A stretch of DNA of 63,905 nucleotides, the filler included, from Reclinomonas americana ATCC 50394 (lineage: Eukaryota): assembly GCA_048213135.1 (NCBI GenBank). It is 5 parts of 4 records of this genome, joined end to end, with 100 filler letters (N's around TTAATTAATTAA, not from the genome) between each part and the next. Parts side by side here need not be neighbours in the genome. Positions count along the whole stretch, not along the records: positions 26,632 to 50,653 come from PS015287.1; 4 more parts are not named here. One strand, 5' to 3'. The notes beneath the pieces were generated by a model. The model was given only the letters and a program-made list of their open reading frames with translations. It was not told the origin of the DNA and did no database searches. Positions 26,825 to 40,949 of this stretch are shown in pieces; the stretch's first letter is position 1, and every line of letters begins with the position of its first letter. Position numbers and translations under genes: made by a program.

Positions 26825-27301
26825 TAAAGACAAGCACGGCACAACAGAAGCAGCCGCGAAGTCAGACAAGCACAACGTGCCCACAGAACACAAAGCGAAG
26901 GCAGCACAGTTGGACTGCGACGCAGTGCAGCACGCACAAGCACAATGCTCAACCATGCAAATTCAAATCCACCACAAACACAAACAAGGAGACCGCATCC
27001 TGCCCCTTCTCTCCTGCTCTCTTCTCTCCCACTCCCTCCTCTCCCACTCCATTCTCTCACACTCCCTTCTCTCGCACTCCCTTCTCTCCCACTCCCTTCT
27101 CTCCCACTCCCTTCTCTCCCACTCCATTCTCTCACACCCCATTCTCTCCCACTCCACTCCCCTCTCCCTCACTCCTCTCCCTCTCTCCTGCTCCCTCCTC
27201 TCCCACTCCCCTCTCCCCTGCTCCCTCCTCTCCCCACTCCCTTTGCTCCCGATCCCCTCTCTCCCACTCCCTTCTCCCTTTCCCTTTCACCCCCGCACAA
27301 A

Positions 27302-30300
27302 CCTCCACATTCGCCTGATCCAACAACAACTGCAGCGTGAGCACAAATTTGTGGTACTGTGCCACACGCCTTCGTTCAAAGAAGTCCACCGTGGCCTTGA
27401 AGTTGCGTGGTGTGGGAATCGAGCCTGTGTACACACATATTTGAGCAACCATCTCTCTATTTTCCCACTCACCCTCTCCACTCACGACTCACCATGCTCC
27501 GCCTTCAATCGCACCAGCTGCTCCTGCATACCATCCACACCCTTGCCGTCCACCACCGCCAGGTGACCGGGTACCGACAGCTTGTTGGCGGTCAGCATGA
27601 ACGAAAAAATGTCGTGAATGGAGCGATAGAGTTGTGCCAGCTGTGCCGAGATGTAGCTGCGGTTCTCCTCCGAGTCGGTTCTGTGAAGGGAGTGGGGAGG
27701 TGTGAGGGGGATTGGGAAGGAGAATTCATCACTGGGCGATCGCAACTGCAAAATGGCGAGAATCTCGCGCCGTGAGGGCCACTGCCACACATTGATGATG
27801 TATGTCTGATCCGGGCTCTTGGACAGGAAGGACGCTGTGCGCGTGGACGACGGTGAGCTCCTCAAGAGAAGACAAGATACACAGCAGAGCATGAAACAGA
27901 ACGGAATCGAAAGAACAGCGCACAATCGGTGACTCAAATACAGTCAGAGAGATTTAACAGTATGAGAACAGTGAAATAGANNNNNNNNNNNNNNNNNNNN
28001 NNNNNNNNNNNNNNNNNNNNNNNNNNNNNNNNNNNNNNNNNNNNNNNNNNNNNNNNNNNNNNNNNNNNNNNNNNNNNNNNNNNNNNNNNNNNGCACAATC
28101 GGTGACTCAAATACAGTCAGAGAGATTTAACAGTATGAGAACAGTGAAAATAGAGAGAGAGAGAGAGAGAAAGAGAGAGGGAGAGAGAGAGAGAAGGAGA
28201 GACTGACAGAGAGAGAGAAGGAGAGACTGACAGAGAGAGAGAAGGAGAGACTGACAGAGAGAGAGAAGGAGAGACTGACAGAGAGAGAGAGAGAGAGACA
28301 GAGAGAGAGAAGCGAAAAATAGGAAGACGCTGATGAGGAAGTGAGACCGAGAGCTAATGGGAGAGGAAGACACAGAGGAAAACACAGAGCAGCGCAATAC
28401 ACAGACAGAGAAAGGTTACAGAGAACACGAAAAAGTGAGAACGAGTGACAGCAGAGCAGATCAATGAACTGCCCGACAAACAGGGTCTTATGCACTCGCT
28501 CATGCACAATAAGCACCGTCGCCCACATCAAAACAAACACTAATCCACCTCACTTCCCTCTAGCTCCCTCTCCTCACTCCTTCCCCCTTTGAGTGCACAC
28601 GCAACGTGATCTCCTCTCGCCAGTGAGATTAATGTCAAACACCGCGGCACCGCCCACACTGTCTCCATGCAGCTCCTCCAGCTTCGCCTGCAGTCCCTCC
28701 GTGTACATGACGCACAGGTACTTGTGGCACAGGGCGGAGGCACCGTCGAGAACACGCCGGCAGTAGCCCTTGATGGTCTCGTATTTCAGCTTCCTCAGCG
28801 CCTGCACAACACCAGTGAATCGCGAGCACTGCACTCGACAGCGTCATGTGTGTGTTACGAACCTTGTTGACCAACTCGGGTGTGCGCTGCTGCAGAATGG
28901 CCATGTTCTTCTCGCTGTACTTTTCCATAATGGCGTTGCGCACACCAATCTTGTGTGAATTCAGCGAGAAGAAGGACGACTTGAGGGAGTCCTTGAGAGC
29001 CTCGAGAGATGCCTGTCAACCAAGGGAAAGGTGCGTGAGTAAGGAGAAGCAATGGCGACGATTTTGATTCGCTTCTCACCAAAATGGCATCACGCTGCTC
29101 GGGCGACACGCCCTCGTGCACCGCCGTCAGGAAGGTGCCGGCGCCAGACGTCACGTACTCGATCATGTACTCGTCCAGCGAGAGGAAGTTGTAGCGCACG
29201 ACCACCGTCAGCAGGTTCTTTTGCGTGACTTGCACGCGGTAGGCTTGGCGCAGTTCGAAGAGGCCCCAGGAGGTGAGGATTTTCTGAGCAATTGAAGGGA
29301 GAAGGGTGGGATTGGGAAAGGGAGGGAAAGGGAGAGGGACGAAGGAGAGAGAAAAGGGCAGATAGAGAGCGAAGTGTGGATAGAGATGATTCGGAGAAAG
29401 AGAGAAGGAGCGAGTTTAAGACCGTCGAGAAGCAAAGAAAATCAGAACTCGGACTGAAACACTGAGAGATAAACACAGAGACAGACACACACAAAGAGTC
29501 ATGACACTCTAGACATGAAGGACACGACGATTGCCAACAAAAGAATGCAGATAGAAATGCACGCAGTGAGTGCCGACAATCGAAAGGTACAAACAGCCCG
29601 GTGCAGAGCGTGGAGCAACAACCGACTCGCAAAAAGAGTTTGGCAACAGCGTAAATCCACTTGTGCAGTAGAGTGCAGCGGACAACTTTCTTTGTGATGT
29701 CCTCGCGCATTCTCTCAATCTCTCCCTCCCTGTCTCTCCATCTCTCACACAGAGGGCTTCCTTCAAGCCTCCGTTCTCTGCATTCTATTTCTCTTCTCCT
29801 ATCTCTCTCTGTGAAAGTGCGTTTGACTGTGTGCGTCCACCCAGGCGTTAACGATCTCTCTCCAACCCTTCTCCCACTCCCATCTCAGTCTCCTCTCTTT
29901 CTTTGTCTTTCAGTCTTTCCTCCGTCTCCCTGTGTCCCTGAGTCACACATACACACTCTCCAACCATTCTCCCCCCACTTCACTCTGTCTCCCTCCCCCT
30001 CTCTTCCCCCTTCTCCTTCCCCTCCCTTCCCCCTCATTCCCCCCCTTCCCCTTCCCCCTCCTCCTTCCCCCTTCGTCACACCTTCACCCCCGCCTGACTC
30101 TGGAAATCAAACATGGCCATCGACAACTCAAACTCCGAAATCGCCAAATTCGTGAGGTACTGCGCACGCAGTGCCACCACCTCGCCCACCTCCATCATGT
30201 ACTCGATCTGTCGACGAAGAAGATGAGCTCAAGCACATCCAAGTGAAGTGATTCTGGTAAGCACGCACCTCATCGAGATTCTCACGACGACCGGCGGCAA

Positions 30301-33300
30301 ACTCGAGCGGATCCAGCTGCAACTTGGTGACCTGCCGGCCCATGGCTCGCGCCTGACTCTTGTACACGTTGAAGAGGATCTCGGTCTCGTAGAGGGCGTC
30401 GAGCAGGTTGGTGCGCAGCGAGATGCATTCCAGGGCATTGCACAAGGCCTGCATCGTGAACGCGTGTGTCGTGCCCGCATCGAAACCGCCCTCGGTCAGA
30501 CGCGCAGCAGCAGCTGCTGCCGCCGAGCCAGCGGCGGCCGATGACGCCGAGCCAGCGGACGACGCAGTGGAGGCAGAGGAGGAGGAGGAGGACGTCACCG
30601 TGTCGCCCTCCTTGGCCGCCCGTGCCCAATCCTCACGCAAGTCCGGAATGCTGAGCGTGACCGTCTGGCACGTGGCGAAGCAGTCGTCCATCAGCACCGA
30701 GTCCGACAGCGATTGCACCTGACTGCCGGCGGCACGGTTGCCCGCCTGCCGTTGCTGATCAAAGAATTGCGCCTGCAGCTTCTCCTCCTCTGTGAGCAGC
30801 TTCCACTCGACCATGGCTTGTTGGAGCACGGTGCGCAGCACAGCCGACTCGGCGAGGGGACTTGTAGGGGAAAGGGAGTGAGGAAAGGAGGGGAAATGAG
30901 GGAGAGGAGACGGATGGCCAGACCTGTGGAAACCGAAATCGTGCACAATCTCGCGAACGGCCTGCTCGAGAATGCGCGGTACGTGTCGCACAAAGCCGAG
31001 TGAGTCGTAAAAATCGAGCACGCCAATGGAGGAGAAATTGGGCTCGAGGTTGATGCAGTTGTCTTCAGCGGTCTCCTTGCGTCGTGGGGTGCACGCCGAC
31101 AGGAACAAGTCGGATTCCGACAAGGGACTGTGAGGGTGACCAAAGAGATGAGGAAGGCAGGGAGGAGAGGGCGGTGGGGGAGTGATGAACGCAACATGTC
31201 CTTGTTGGTGCGCTTGTAGTCGCGTTGCACTTCGGTGAGGCGCTGGTGGAAGCGAGTGGCGGAGCGGCGTTCTTCTTGGATTTGGTGGTCGAAGATCTCG
31301 CGCAGGAGGCTGAAAAGGGAATCGAAAGGGAAAGGGAAATAAGGGAAAGGGGTGAGAAGAGGGGAGGAATGGGGAACGGCGATGAGATTTGATAGGGAGA
31401 GAGAGAGCAAGAAAGAGAGAGACGTAGCAACAAAGAGAGAGAAAGAGGAGAGAGAGAGAGAGAGAGACAGAGAGCAAGAAAAAGAGAGAGAGCAAGAAAA
31501 AGAGAGAGAGCAAGAAAAAGAGAGCGAGGGAGAACAAGAATGAGAGAGAGAGAGAGAGCAAGAATGAGACAGAGCGAGAAAGAGAGGACAGGAGAGAGAG
31601 AGCAAGAAAGAGAGAGAGACAGAGAGAGAGAAATGGGGCACTCTCGAGAACAAAAATGGAGGGGACTTGGTGATCGCATTGTGTTTTCTGCAATTGCACG
31701 ATGCAGACTCTCTCCCTTTCTCACACGCGCAGTCTCTGTTTCTCTCTCTTCTTGCTCTCTGTCTCTCTCTCTTTCTTGCTCTCTGTCTCTCTCTTTCATG
31801 CTCTCTGTCTCTTCTCCACCTTCGAAACTACAATGAGCGATTCTACCCTCTTCGCCCATTCTTCCTGTTCCCTTCCCCTTTCGGCAACGCAACTTGAAGT
31901 GCAGATCCAATCCCACAATATCCGACGCGTAGCAACGCGCAAAGTAGCTCGACTCGAAGTCAATGCGCGGTCGCAGGTGAATCAAGTCCAAAATCTGTGA
32001 CGAAGAAGGTAAGCCCTTTGCCCTCCCGCTTCCGCCTCCGTGTGGGCACGCAACAATCTGTCCCAGGTCGGCCTGCACTCGCGGATCGGACACGTAGTCG
32101 TACGCCTCCAGATACGAATCCACCAGCTTGCGCTTGGCCTCGTGGAACCAGGCCTCGGACTCGTGCAAATCTTCGAGAATGCGGAAGCGATCAATCTGCA
32201 CGGACGCGCCGGTGAATACGTTGGCAGAGAGAGCACATGGCCATTTCACAAGACGCAACATCCAGCGCCTCCGACTTGAGAATGGCCTCCTCGTCCAGGT
32301 AGTCCATGCGCTTGCGGATGTAGTAGGTGCCGATGCGCACGATTTCGTCTTCGAGCACCTGCAGATCCTTCACGGCTTGCTCGTACATGACGAGCGAGTT
32401 GGTCGAGTCTTGCACGCGAATGTCGCCACCTGCGAGAGGGGGAAAGTGAGGGGCGAGCACTGAAGGGGAGAGAAGAGGGGTGTATACACGCAACTGTCGC
32501 CAATGACGTGCACATCGTACGTGTGCTCCAGTGCGTGCAGGGACTGGCCGACGGTGGGGCGAGGAGGCAGTGTCAGTGATGGAGATTCGTCGCGCAGGAT
32601 GCTCGCTGTGACAATTTTTGGCAAAGTGAGTTGGAGGACAAGAGGGGAGAGTGCAAGAAAGGAAAAGATGAAATAGAGAGAATACAAACAGAGCACACAG
32701 TTTCGATGATGACGCACAGCCTTGGAAAGCCATTAGAGCAAGAGAGTTGAGAGGAGAGAACTTGACAGTGGAGGAGTGGAAGACAAAATGCACAGACTGC
32801 ACGACTTTCCGACGATGACTTAGTGCATCGGAGTGAAGGAGTGACAGACTGGAAGTGTGAATGCGAATACAACACGCCTTCTCGACGATGACAAACAGCT
32901 CAAAGGAGGCCCACAATACAGAGTTGCAAGGAGATGGAGTGAGAGTGAAAGAGTGAAAGAGAGAATTCACAAGCACAAGATAGTCTCGACGATGGCAGAG
33001 AGTCTGAAAGGAGGGTCACAAATCAGAGCTGAATTGAAATGGACAGAGAGTGAAAGAGGGCAGAGAGACATGACGACAGCTAAGAGTTTCGACGATGACC
33101 AAGTTAGCAGAGGAGCACAAAACAGAGCTGAATAAAGGGCGCGAAAGAGTGTGATACAATGCAAAGACAGCACACAGCCACGGCCTATAAGGACTGTATG
33201 TGGAGAAGAAATGAGAGTGGAAGAGAGTCTGCAAAGGCAATACACAGTCTCGATGATGACACAAACACTTGGAAAGCAAGGAAAGCAACAGAGTTGAAAC

Positions 33301-34544
33301 GAGCGAGGAGAGAGTGAAAGGACAGGAAACGAATATGAAGAAAGTACACAGTCTCGACGATGACGGAAAGTCTTGGAAAGTAAGGAGAGGGAGTGAAGAG
33401 TGAAGAGAATGCCAAGGTACGCATTGTCTCCGATTGTAAAGATGCCAAACGAACCAAGTTTGGCAGCGGCCGCCGGATCCGTCAGTGCCTCGCCATGCGC
33501 ACTGCACCAAAAAAAGTGAGCGAGCAGAGACAGAGCACTCTTGTCCAACACCAGACGCAACGTAAGCGGGGTGTCGCGGGCGCTGCGCGTGGCCAGCGCC
33601 TCGAGGGTGAGACGGCGTTCCACACTCCGGAAGTAGTTGAGCACGTCGAGGAGCTTGCGCTTGAACTCGCGGGTGCGAATGAAGCGCAGGTAGTACATGG
33701 AGAGGACCTTGGGTTTGGTGAGGCCGGCGTCCTCGGTGCAGGCGCCGTACATTTCGGCAAAGTCGCGACCGCGGGTCTCCTCGAGGCGGGTGGGGCCGGT
33801 CCACTGGCGGACTACGCGGCGGCGGACAAAGGCGCGGACGTGGTGTGCCTCCATGAGTTCGCGGAGTTTTTTCGAGGCGGCCTTTTGAGGGGGAAGGGTG
33901 AGGGGGAATAAAGGGAAGGGTGGGTGGGGGGAAAGGGAGAGGGAGGAGAAGGAGGATGGGAGAGAGAGAAGAACAGAGATAAACAGAGAACGGGAAAGAG
34001 AGAGAGAAAGAGAGAAAGAGAGGGAGAAAGAGAGAAAGAGATGCGAGAGAAAGACAGGTGAGAGAAAAGAGATAGACAGGTGAGAAAAGAGAAAGACAGG
34101 TGAGAGAAAAAGAGAAAGAGAGGTGAGAGAAAGAGAGAAAGAGAGGTGAGAAGAGAGAAAGAGAAAAGAGAGAAGAAGAAGAGAGAAGAAGAAGAGAGAG
34201 AGANNNNNNNNNNNNNNNNNNNNNNNNNNNNNNNNNNNNNNGAAAAGAGAGAGAGAGAGAGAGAGGAAAGAGAAAAAGTGGCGAGAGACAGTGAGGGAGA
34301 GGGTGAGAGCGAGAAAGAGAGAGAGACAGAGAAACGGGGAGAGAGTAAAAAAGAATGAGAGAGATCAAGTGAGAAAAGAAAGCGCGAATAGGACACAAAG
34401 AGAAAGAGAATAGAGGGAGAGAGATAGAAGTTTGCGAGTCAGAGAGAGACAACGAAAAGAGAGCGAGAGAGATTGAGAAAGAGAATGAGACAGAGAAGAA
34501 TGAGAGGAGAGAGATTAAAGTTAGAGAGTTTGAGAAAGGGAAAA

Positions 34545-34580
<36 letters not shown>

Positions 34581-36021
34581 GGAGAGAGAGAGAGAGAGAA
34601 GAGAGAGCGAGATTGAGAGAGAGAGGGAAGAGAAAGAGTGGCGAGAGACAGAAAGGGAGAGGGCGAGAGCGAGAAAGAGAGAGAGACAGAGAAACGAAGA
34701 GAGTGAAAAAAGAGAATGAGAGAGATCAAGTGAGAAAGAAAGCGCGAATTGAAGAGAATGGAGGGAGAGAGATTGAAGTTTGCGAGTCAGAGAGAGATAG
34801 ACAACGAAAAAATGAGAAAGTGAAAGAGAAATGAGACAGAGAAGAACTAGAGGAGAGAGATATTGAACTTGGAGAGTTTGAGAAAGAGAAAATGACAGAG
34901 AGAGATGAGAAAGAGAAAGAGAGTGTGTGAGAGAGGGATAAGAGGGACAGAGAGAGAGAGAGAGAAAGAAAGAGAAGAAAGAGAGAGAAAGAGAAAGAGA
35001 GAAGGAGAGAGAAAGAGAAAGGCACATCCCTCACCTGCGGATCTTGAATCTCCAACAGACTGCTCACGGCCTGCAGCACCGCATCGACCTCTGGCAGATT
35101 GCGCAACCGCAGCGTCTGCTCGCGCTGCGTGTCCGAGATGCACGGTCGCACGAATTCGGGAGCGGCCCACGACACGTTCTTGAGGTACATGGCGCCCTCC
35201 GCAGCTCCCCTCTGCATCACCCCGAAAGTGAGAAGAGAGTGGCAATCAACGAAAGGCTCATATCACGAACCGCTTCCGCCTCTGCGGCAGCCGCACTGGC
35301 TGCTGCGGCTGCGGCGGCGGCGGCGGCGGCAGCTTGCGAGGGAGAGGTGAGACTGCTGGGTGAGGCGGCCGAGGCAGCAGCCGCGGCAGCGGCAGCAGCA
35401 GCGGCAGCGGCATTGGCCGCGGCCGTGCCCGTGGGAGCCAGTGCGTGCAGGAACTGGTGCATGCGCTCGAATCGGTACGGCAGGAATTCGTCGCGTGCCG
35501 CCTGGTCCATAAAGATGCCGACGAATTTGCGGTTGACAAAGTGGAACAGCTCCTGGCCGTCCTCGGCGTCAATGTCGACCTCGATGTCGAAGCACTTTTT
35601 GAGTTCTTCGAGTTGTTCGGCGAGGACGCGGGAGTGGACGGGGGCTTCGGGGAGGTTGTCGCCCACGTCGTCGTCGGAGGGTTCTCGTTGCTGAAGGAGG
35701 GGGAAAGGGAGAAGGGGGGTGAGGGTAAGAGGGGGGGGAAGGGGGAAAGGGGGAAGGGGGAAGGGGGAAGGGGGAGAAAGGGGGAGAAAGGGGGGAAGGG
35801 AAGGGGGGAAGGGGGAAGGGGGAAGTGGGAAGGGGGAAGAGAAGGGGGAGGAGGGAGAAGGGGAAAGAGGGGAGAGAGCAAGAGACAGAAGCGAAGAGCA
35901 GGGGTTAGACAGAGTGAAGGGCAAGAGGGGCGACATACGATTGAGAGAGAATCAAGCAAAGAAAGCGATAAATACATGGGAGGCGACAAAGTCCCCAACA
36001 AAGTAAAGTGGACGAAGGGAA

Positions 36022-36066
<45 letters not shown>

Positions 36067-39000
36067 AAGAGAGCAAGAGAGCAAGACAGAGAGGGAGTGA
36101 GAGAGCAAGAGCAAGGCAGAGCAACGGAGCAAGAAAGAGCAAGAGAGAGCAAGAGAGAGAGAGAGATCAACAAGAGCAACAGAGAGCAAGAGAGAGCAAG
36201 AGAGAGAGAGAATGACAGAGATAACGAGCTAGGGGGAGAAAGAAAAGAGAAACAAGAAGACAAAGTCTGAAACTGAGAGCCGACATGATCGTGGCAACGC
36301 AGAATTCGTGCTCGCGTTGCTCTCGCACCCTTACTTCTCTCCAGTGCACCCTTTCCCTTTCTTCCCTCGTATTATGTCATTTTCCTTGCCAATGCTATTG
36401 TGCTCGCCCAATCAATCTCCCCCAATTACCCTTCCGATCTGCACCGTGTTCTGTTTCCGCACAACTTCCAGTCTTCTACGCACTCGTTCTCTCTCTTTCG
36501 CCCTCTCTCTCTGTCTCTTCTTTTCGCCCTCTCTCTCTGTCTCTTCTTTTCGCCCTCTCTCTCTCTCTTTCGTTATCTCTTCTGCGCTACTTTTTCGTTC
36601 TTTCGATTGTTCTTTCTCAATGTCTCATTTCTTTCTCTTGCAAATGCCCTTCTCTCTCATGCTGCTTCACCCTCCTTTCCTCGACAATTCCCCTTCCACT
36701 CACCATGATGCTGCCGGCCTTCTTGAACAGGTCGTAGCGCTTGGAGAGGGCGATCCACTGGAACTTCTTGATGAAGCGGTGCAGTTTGGAGGAGATGCTG
36801 AGGTCGTAGGTTTGTTTCTTGAGGAGGAGTTGGAGGTCGCCGGAGTGGAGGCCGGTTTCGGCGTCCTGATGGAGGGGAAGAAAGGGTGGGTGAGGGGGAA
36901 GGGTTATGGAGGGGAAAGAGGCAAAGAGAGTTGGAGGAGCAGAAACGAGAATGTACGAGGGGGAGAGCATCACATCAGAGAGGAGCTGGATGAAAGCGAA
37001 ATGAGAAGAAGAGATGAAAACCCGAAGACAAATGACAGTGTGAGTGAGATGTCAAGAGGACTACGATTGAACGAGAACATGATGGTGAGGGAAGAGAAGT
37101 GTGACAGCGTGTGAGATATGCTTCAGGGACAGAAGACAGCTTTCCAGATATAGAACCAACGCAAAGGAAACAATGTAGGAGGAGGAGAACAGCATTGAGA
37201 CTCAGCGAGGCACGGTGACACGAGCAACGAGGAGAGAAATGAGTGCAAACGAGACAATGGGAGGAGAAGAGAACAGCCATGAGACACGGCGAGACACGGC
37301 GATACGAGAAAGCAATACAACAACTTGCCAGAGAAACTATGTAAAAGAAAGGGAGGAAGAGGTGGTGACACAAGTAAGCAATGAGAGCATGTGAGAGAAG
37401 AGAGAACGAGTGTCAGGAAAAAAAGATGCGCGATAATGATAGAAGAGAGTAAACGAAGTGCAAGACATGGTGGTACAAATCAGCAAGTGAAAAGAGCGAC
37501 GCGTGCAAAGATGGTGAGAGAAGAGAGGAATAGGAGTGCAGCATATGCAAGACATACGAGGAAACCATGACTGATAGCAGAGAGGAAATGGAGTGCAGTG
37601 CATGGCGACACATGCGGAGGACTTCTCATACGAGATGCTGCGAGAGAGAATACCCGCAGACTTCCCCAATTCGAACCATCGGTGGCGCAAAGGAGGCCAA
37701 CTCGGCCACGGAGAGCGAGCCGAGATCGAAGGAGGCGCGCGAACCGGCCAGATTGGCGCGCTTGTCGACGATTCCCACGCGACGCGCGCGCTCGAGGATC
37801 TCGGTGAATTCGCTGAAGGGGGAAGGCAGTCAGCTTCATGAAAATTCGTGTTCACTCGCAGATGGTCCTCACCGATCGATGCCCTCGACGGCCTGTCCCA
37901 GCTGTGCTTCGCTGATTGATGGGTCGACGCCGAGTTCCTTGACGCGACGCCATCGTTGTTGCTGGTGACGGCACAATGAGTGATTGAAGGAGAGAAGAAC
38001 GGAGGCGCTGCAAGGAACGCACCAACTTGGAGCGCTCGTTGACCAGGGCGAATAGCCGGTCGCGCAGGAAGGTGGCGACTTGGGAGCGAACAAAGTGCTT
38101 GGTGTTGCGGGGTTCGCCAGCGAGGTCCACCTGGGAGAAACAGGGAAGGGGAGAAGGAATGAAATTCAAGGGAAATGCAGGAAACGGATGAACAACGAGT
38201 GGCGGTAAACAATGAGTAGGATTGAGAAGGAAAGCGGAGATGGGAGGAAGGGTGAGGAAAGGATAATCTGACAGAAGCGAAGACGACGAAGTACCGTTAG
38301 AAAGTGCAAGAAGAAGAACTACACGAGAGATGAGAGAAAGGACAACGGAAGGGGGAGTTCCATTAGAAAGTGGAGAAGAGGAACTACACGAGAGATAGAG
38401 TGTGATGAAAAACAGACGGCGTACGATGCACACATACACATAATAGAAACTGAGCGCTCACGCCGCGAGGTCAGCAAGGACTATTGTATTGGGAAAGCAA
38501 CAATCAAAGGGATTTCAAAGGAGAAGAGAGCGCTCAGCTCGCTAAATCCTGCCTCAGCTCACACGAAGAGGGGAATATGACAATTATCTCTGTGGCATCA
38601 AGACAACAATCTGGCTGCCGCCCTCACCTCCTGTCGCAACAGCAGCGGCAATGGGGTGTCTGCGGGCGCCTGGGGCATGCATTGCACTGCCTGGACGCGC
38701 TGCTGGCGTGATTCGCTGAGCCACTTCATGGTGGGCAGGGAGAGGGAGGAGGAGGCGCCGTCGGAATCGGAGAGTTTGATGGAGTTGAGGGAGTCGAGCT
38801 GTGGGGGGTGAGGGAAGGGGAGGGTGAGTGATGGGGAAGGGTGGAAGGAGAAGGGAAGGGAGGAAAGAAGAGAGAGAGGAGGGGGGGAGGGGGAGAGAGA
38901 GAATGAACGAGCATGACGGAGCATTTGAGAGGAAGAGAAAAACAGATAGGAGGGAGAAAGGAAGGGAGGGGACAGACAGAGAGAGGATTGCACAAGAGAG

Positions 39001-39179
39001 GCTCTCTGTCAATCAGGACGACTCGATCGTCGCCTTCGTCACGTACTCATCACAAGGCGGCACAATAGAGAGGGACGGGAGAGAGAAAGAGAGAAGGACT
39101 GTGCAACGATTGCGAGAGAGGCTCTCAGTGAACCAATCGTTGACAATCGCGCTAACACTGCACGAAGCATCATGATCGG

Positions 39180-39214
<35 letters not shown>

Positions 39215-39926
39215 GAGACGAGAGAGACGAACGGACGGTAGTACGAACGAAAGTAGTTGGTTGGTTGGTCGGCGGCCGGTCGGTAGGAAGGAAGGAAGTA
39301 AGTAGGAAGGGAAGGGAAAGGAANNNNNNNNNNNNNNNNNNNNNNNNNNNNNNNNNNNNNNNNNNNNNNNNNNNNNNNNNNNNNNNNNNNNNNNNNNNNN
39401 NNNNNNNNNNNNNNNNNNNNNNNNNNNNNNNNNNNNNNNNNNNNNNNNNNNNNNNNNNNNNNNNNNNNNNNNNNNNNNNNNNNNNNNNNNNNNNNNNNNN
39501 NNNNNNNNNNNNNNNNNNNNNNNNNNNNNNNNNNNNNNNNNNNNNNNNNNNNNNNNNNNNNNNNNNNNNNNNNNNNNNNNNNNNNNNNNNNNNNNNNNNN
39601 NNNNNNNNNNNNNNNNNNNNNNNNNNNNNNNNNNNNNNNNNNNNNNNNNNNNNNNNNNNNNNNNNNNNNNNNNNNNNNNNNNNNNNNNNNNNNNNNNNNN
39701 NNNNNNNNNNNNNNNNNNNNNNNNNNNNNNNNNNNNNNNNNNNNNNNNNNNNNNNNNNNNNNNNNNNNNNNNNNNNNNNNNNNNNNNNNNNNNNNNNNNN
39801 NNNNNNNNNNNNNNNNNNNNNNNNNNNNNNNNNNNNNNNNNNNNNNNNCGTACGTCGTACGTACGTACGTAACGTACGTACGTACGTACGTACGACGACG
39901 TACGACGACGACGACGAACGACGAGA

Positions 39927-39977
<51 letters not shown>

Positions 39978-40390
39978 GCAGAGACAGCGAGTGCAAGAAT
40001 GTGTGTGCGCGCGTGAGAGAGAATGAGAGGAGAAGAGGCAGAGGCAGCGGCAGTGAGTCTCAGAGCGAGAAAGCGTGTGGGTCAATGTGTGAGTGAGTGT
40101 GAGTGTGAGTGTGAGTGAGAGACAGAGACAGTGAGTGCAAGAGCGACAGAGTGTGTGAGTGTGTGAGCGGGTGTGAGTGAGAGAGAGAGAGAGAAAGACA
40201 ATGCAAGAGTGGCTTTCTGCCAACTCGATTGTCGCCTCAGTCGCGCCGACACGGCACAATGAATCGCGAAGCTGACTCTCTTTTTGTACGAATGAGTGAG
40301 AGGGTGGTGAGAATAGTGAAGAGAGGAAGAGACTGACAGCGGAGAAAACGATTGCGAGGGCGCGGAAGAGAGGCTCTCAGTGAACCAATC

Positions 40391-40422
<32 letters not shown>

Positions 40423-40894
40423 AAGAAGAAGAAGAAGAAGAAGAAGAAGAAGAAGAAGAAGAAGAAGAAGAAGAAGAATACGGAACAGAAGGAAGAGAAG
40501 AAAGAAGAAGAAGAAGAAGAAGGAGAGGAACAAGAAGAAAAAGAAGAAGAAGAACGAGGAAGAAGAGGAGAAGGAGGAGGAGAAGGAGAAGGAGAAGAAG
40601 ACGAAGAAGAAGAAGAAGAAGAAGAAGAAGAAGAAGAAGAAGAAGAAGAAGAAGAACGAGCAACTGAGTGAGAGAGAAATAGAGGAGAGGAGAGGGGAGG
40701 CAGAGACAGTAAGTGCAAGAGCGTGAGCGTGTGTGAGTGATTGCGAGTGAGAGGTTGAGTGAGTGTGTGTGAGAGACAGAGAGAGTGAATGAGTGGACAC
40801 ATGTGAGCGAGTGTGTGTGAGAGTGTGAGTGTGAGAGAGTGCGAGTGTGAGCGTGTGTGTGAGAGAGATAGGGAGATAGATAGATAGATGGATG

Positions 40895-40949
<55 letters not shown>

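Noticed and set aside
27918-28150. Direct repeat on both sides of an N gap
   Set aside because: Most simply an unmerged contig overlap.
33016-35027. Long Ser/Leu- or Arg/Glu-rich ORFs
   Set aside because: Translations of intronic (CT)n/(GA)n microsatellites; the same applies to many ORFs in the track.
39849-39931. TACG/GACG-rich runs beside gaps (also ~26470-26531, 56480-56562, 57138-57208)
   Set aside because: They occur only at contig ends next to microsatellites and mimic the TACG flow order of pyrosequencing; likely low-quality read tails.
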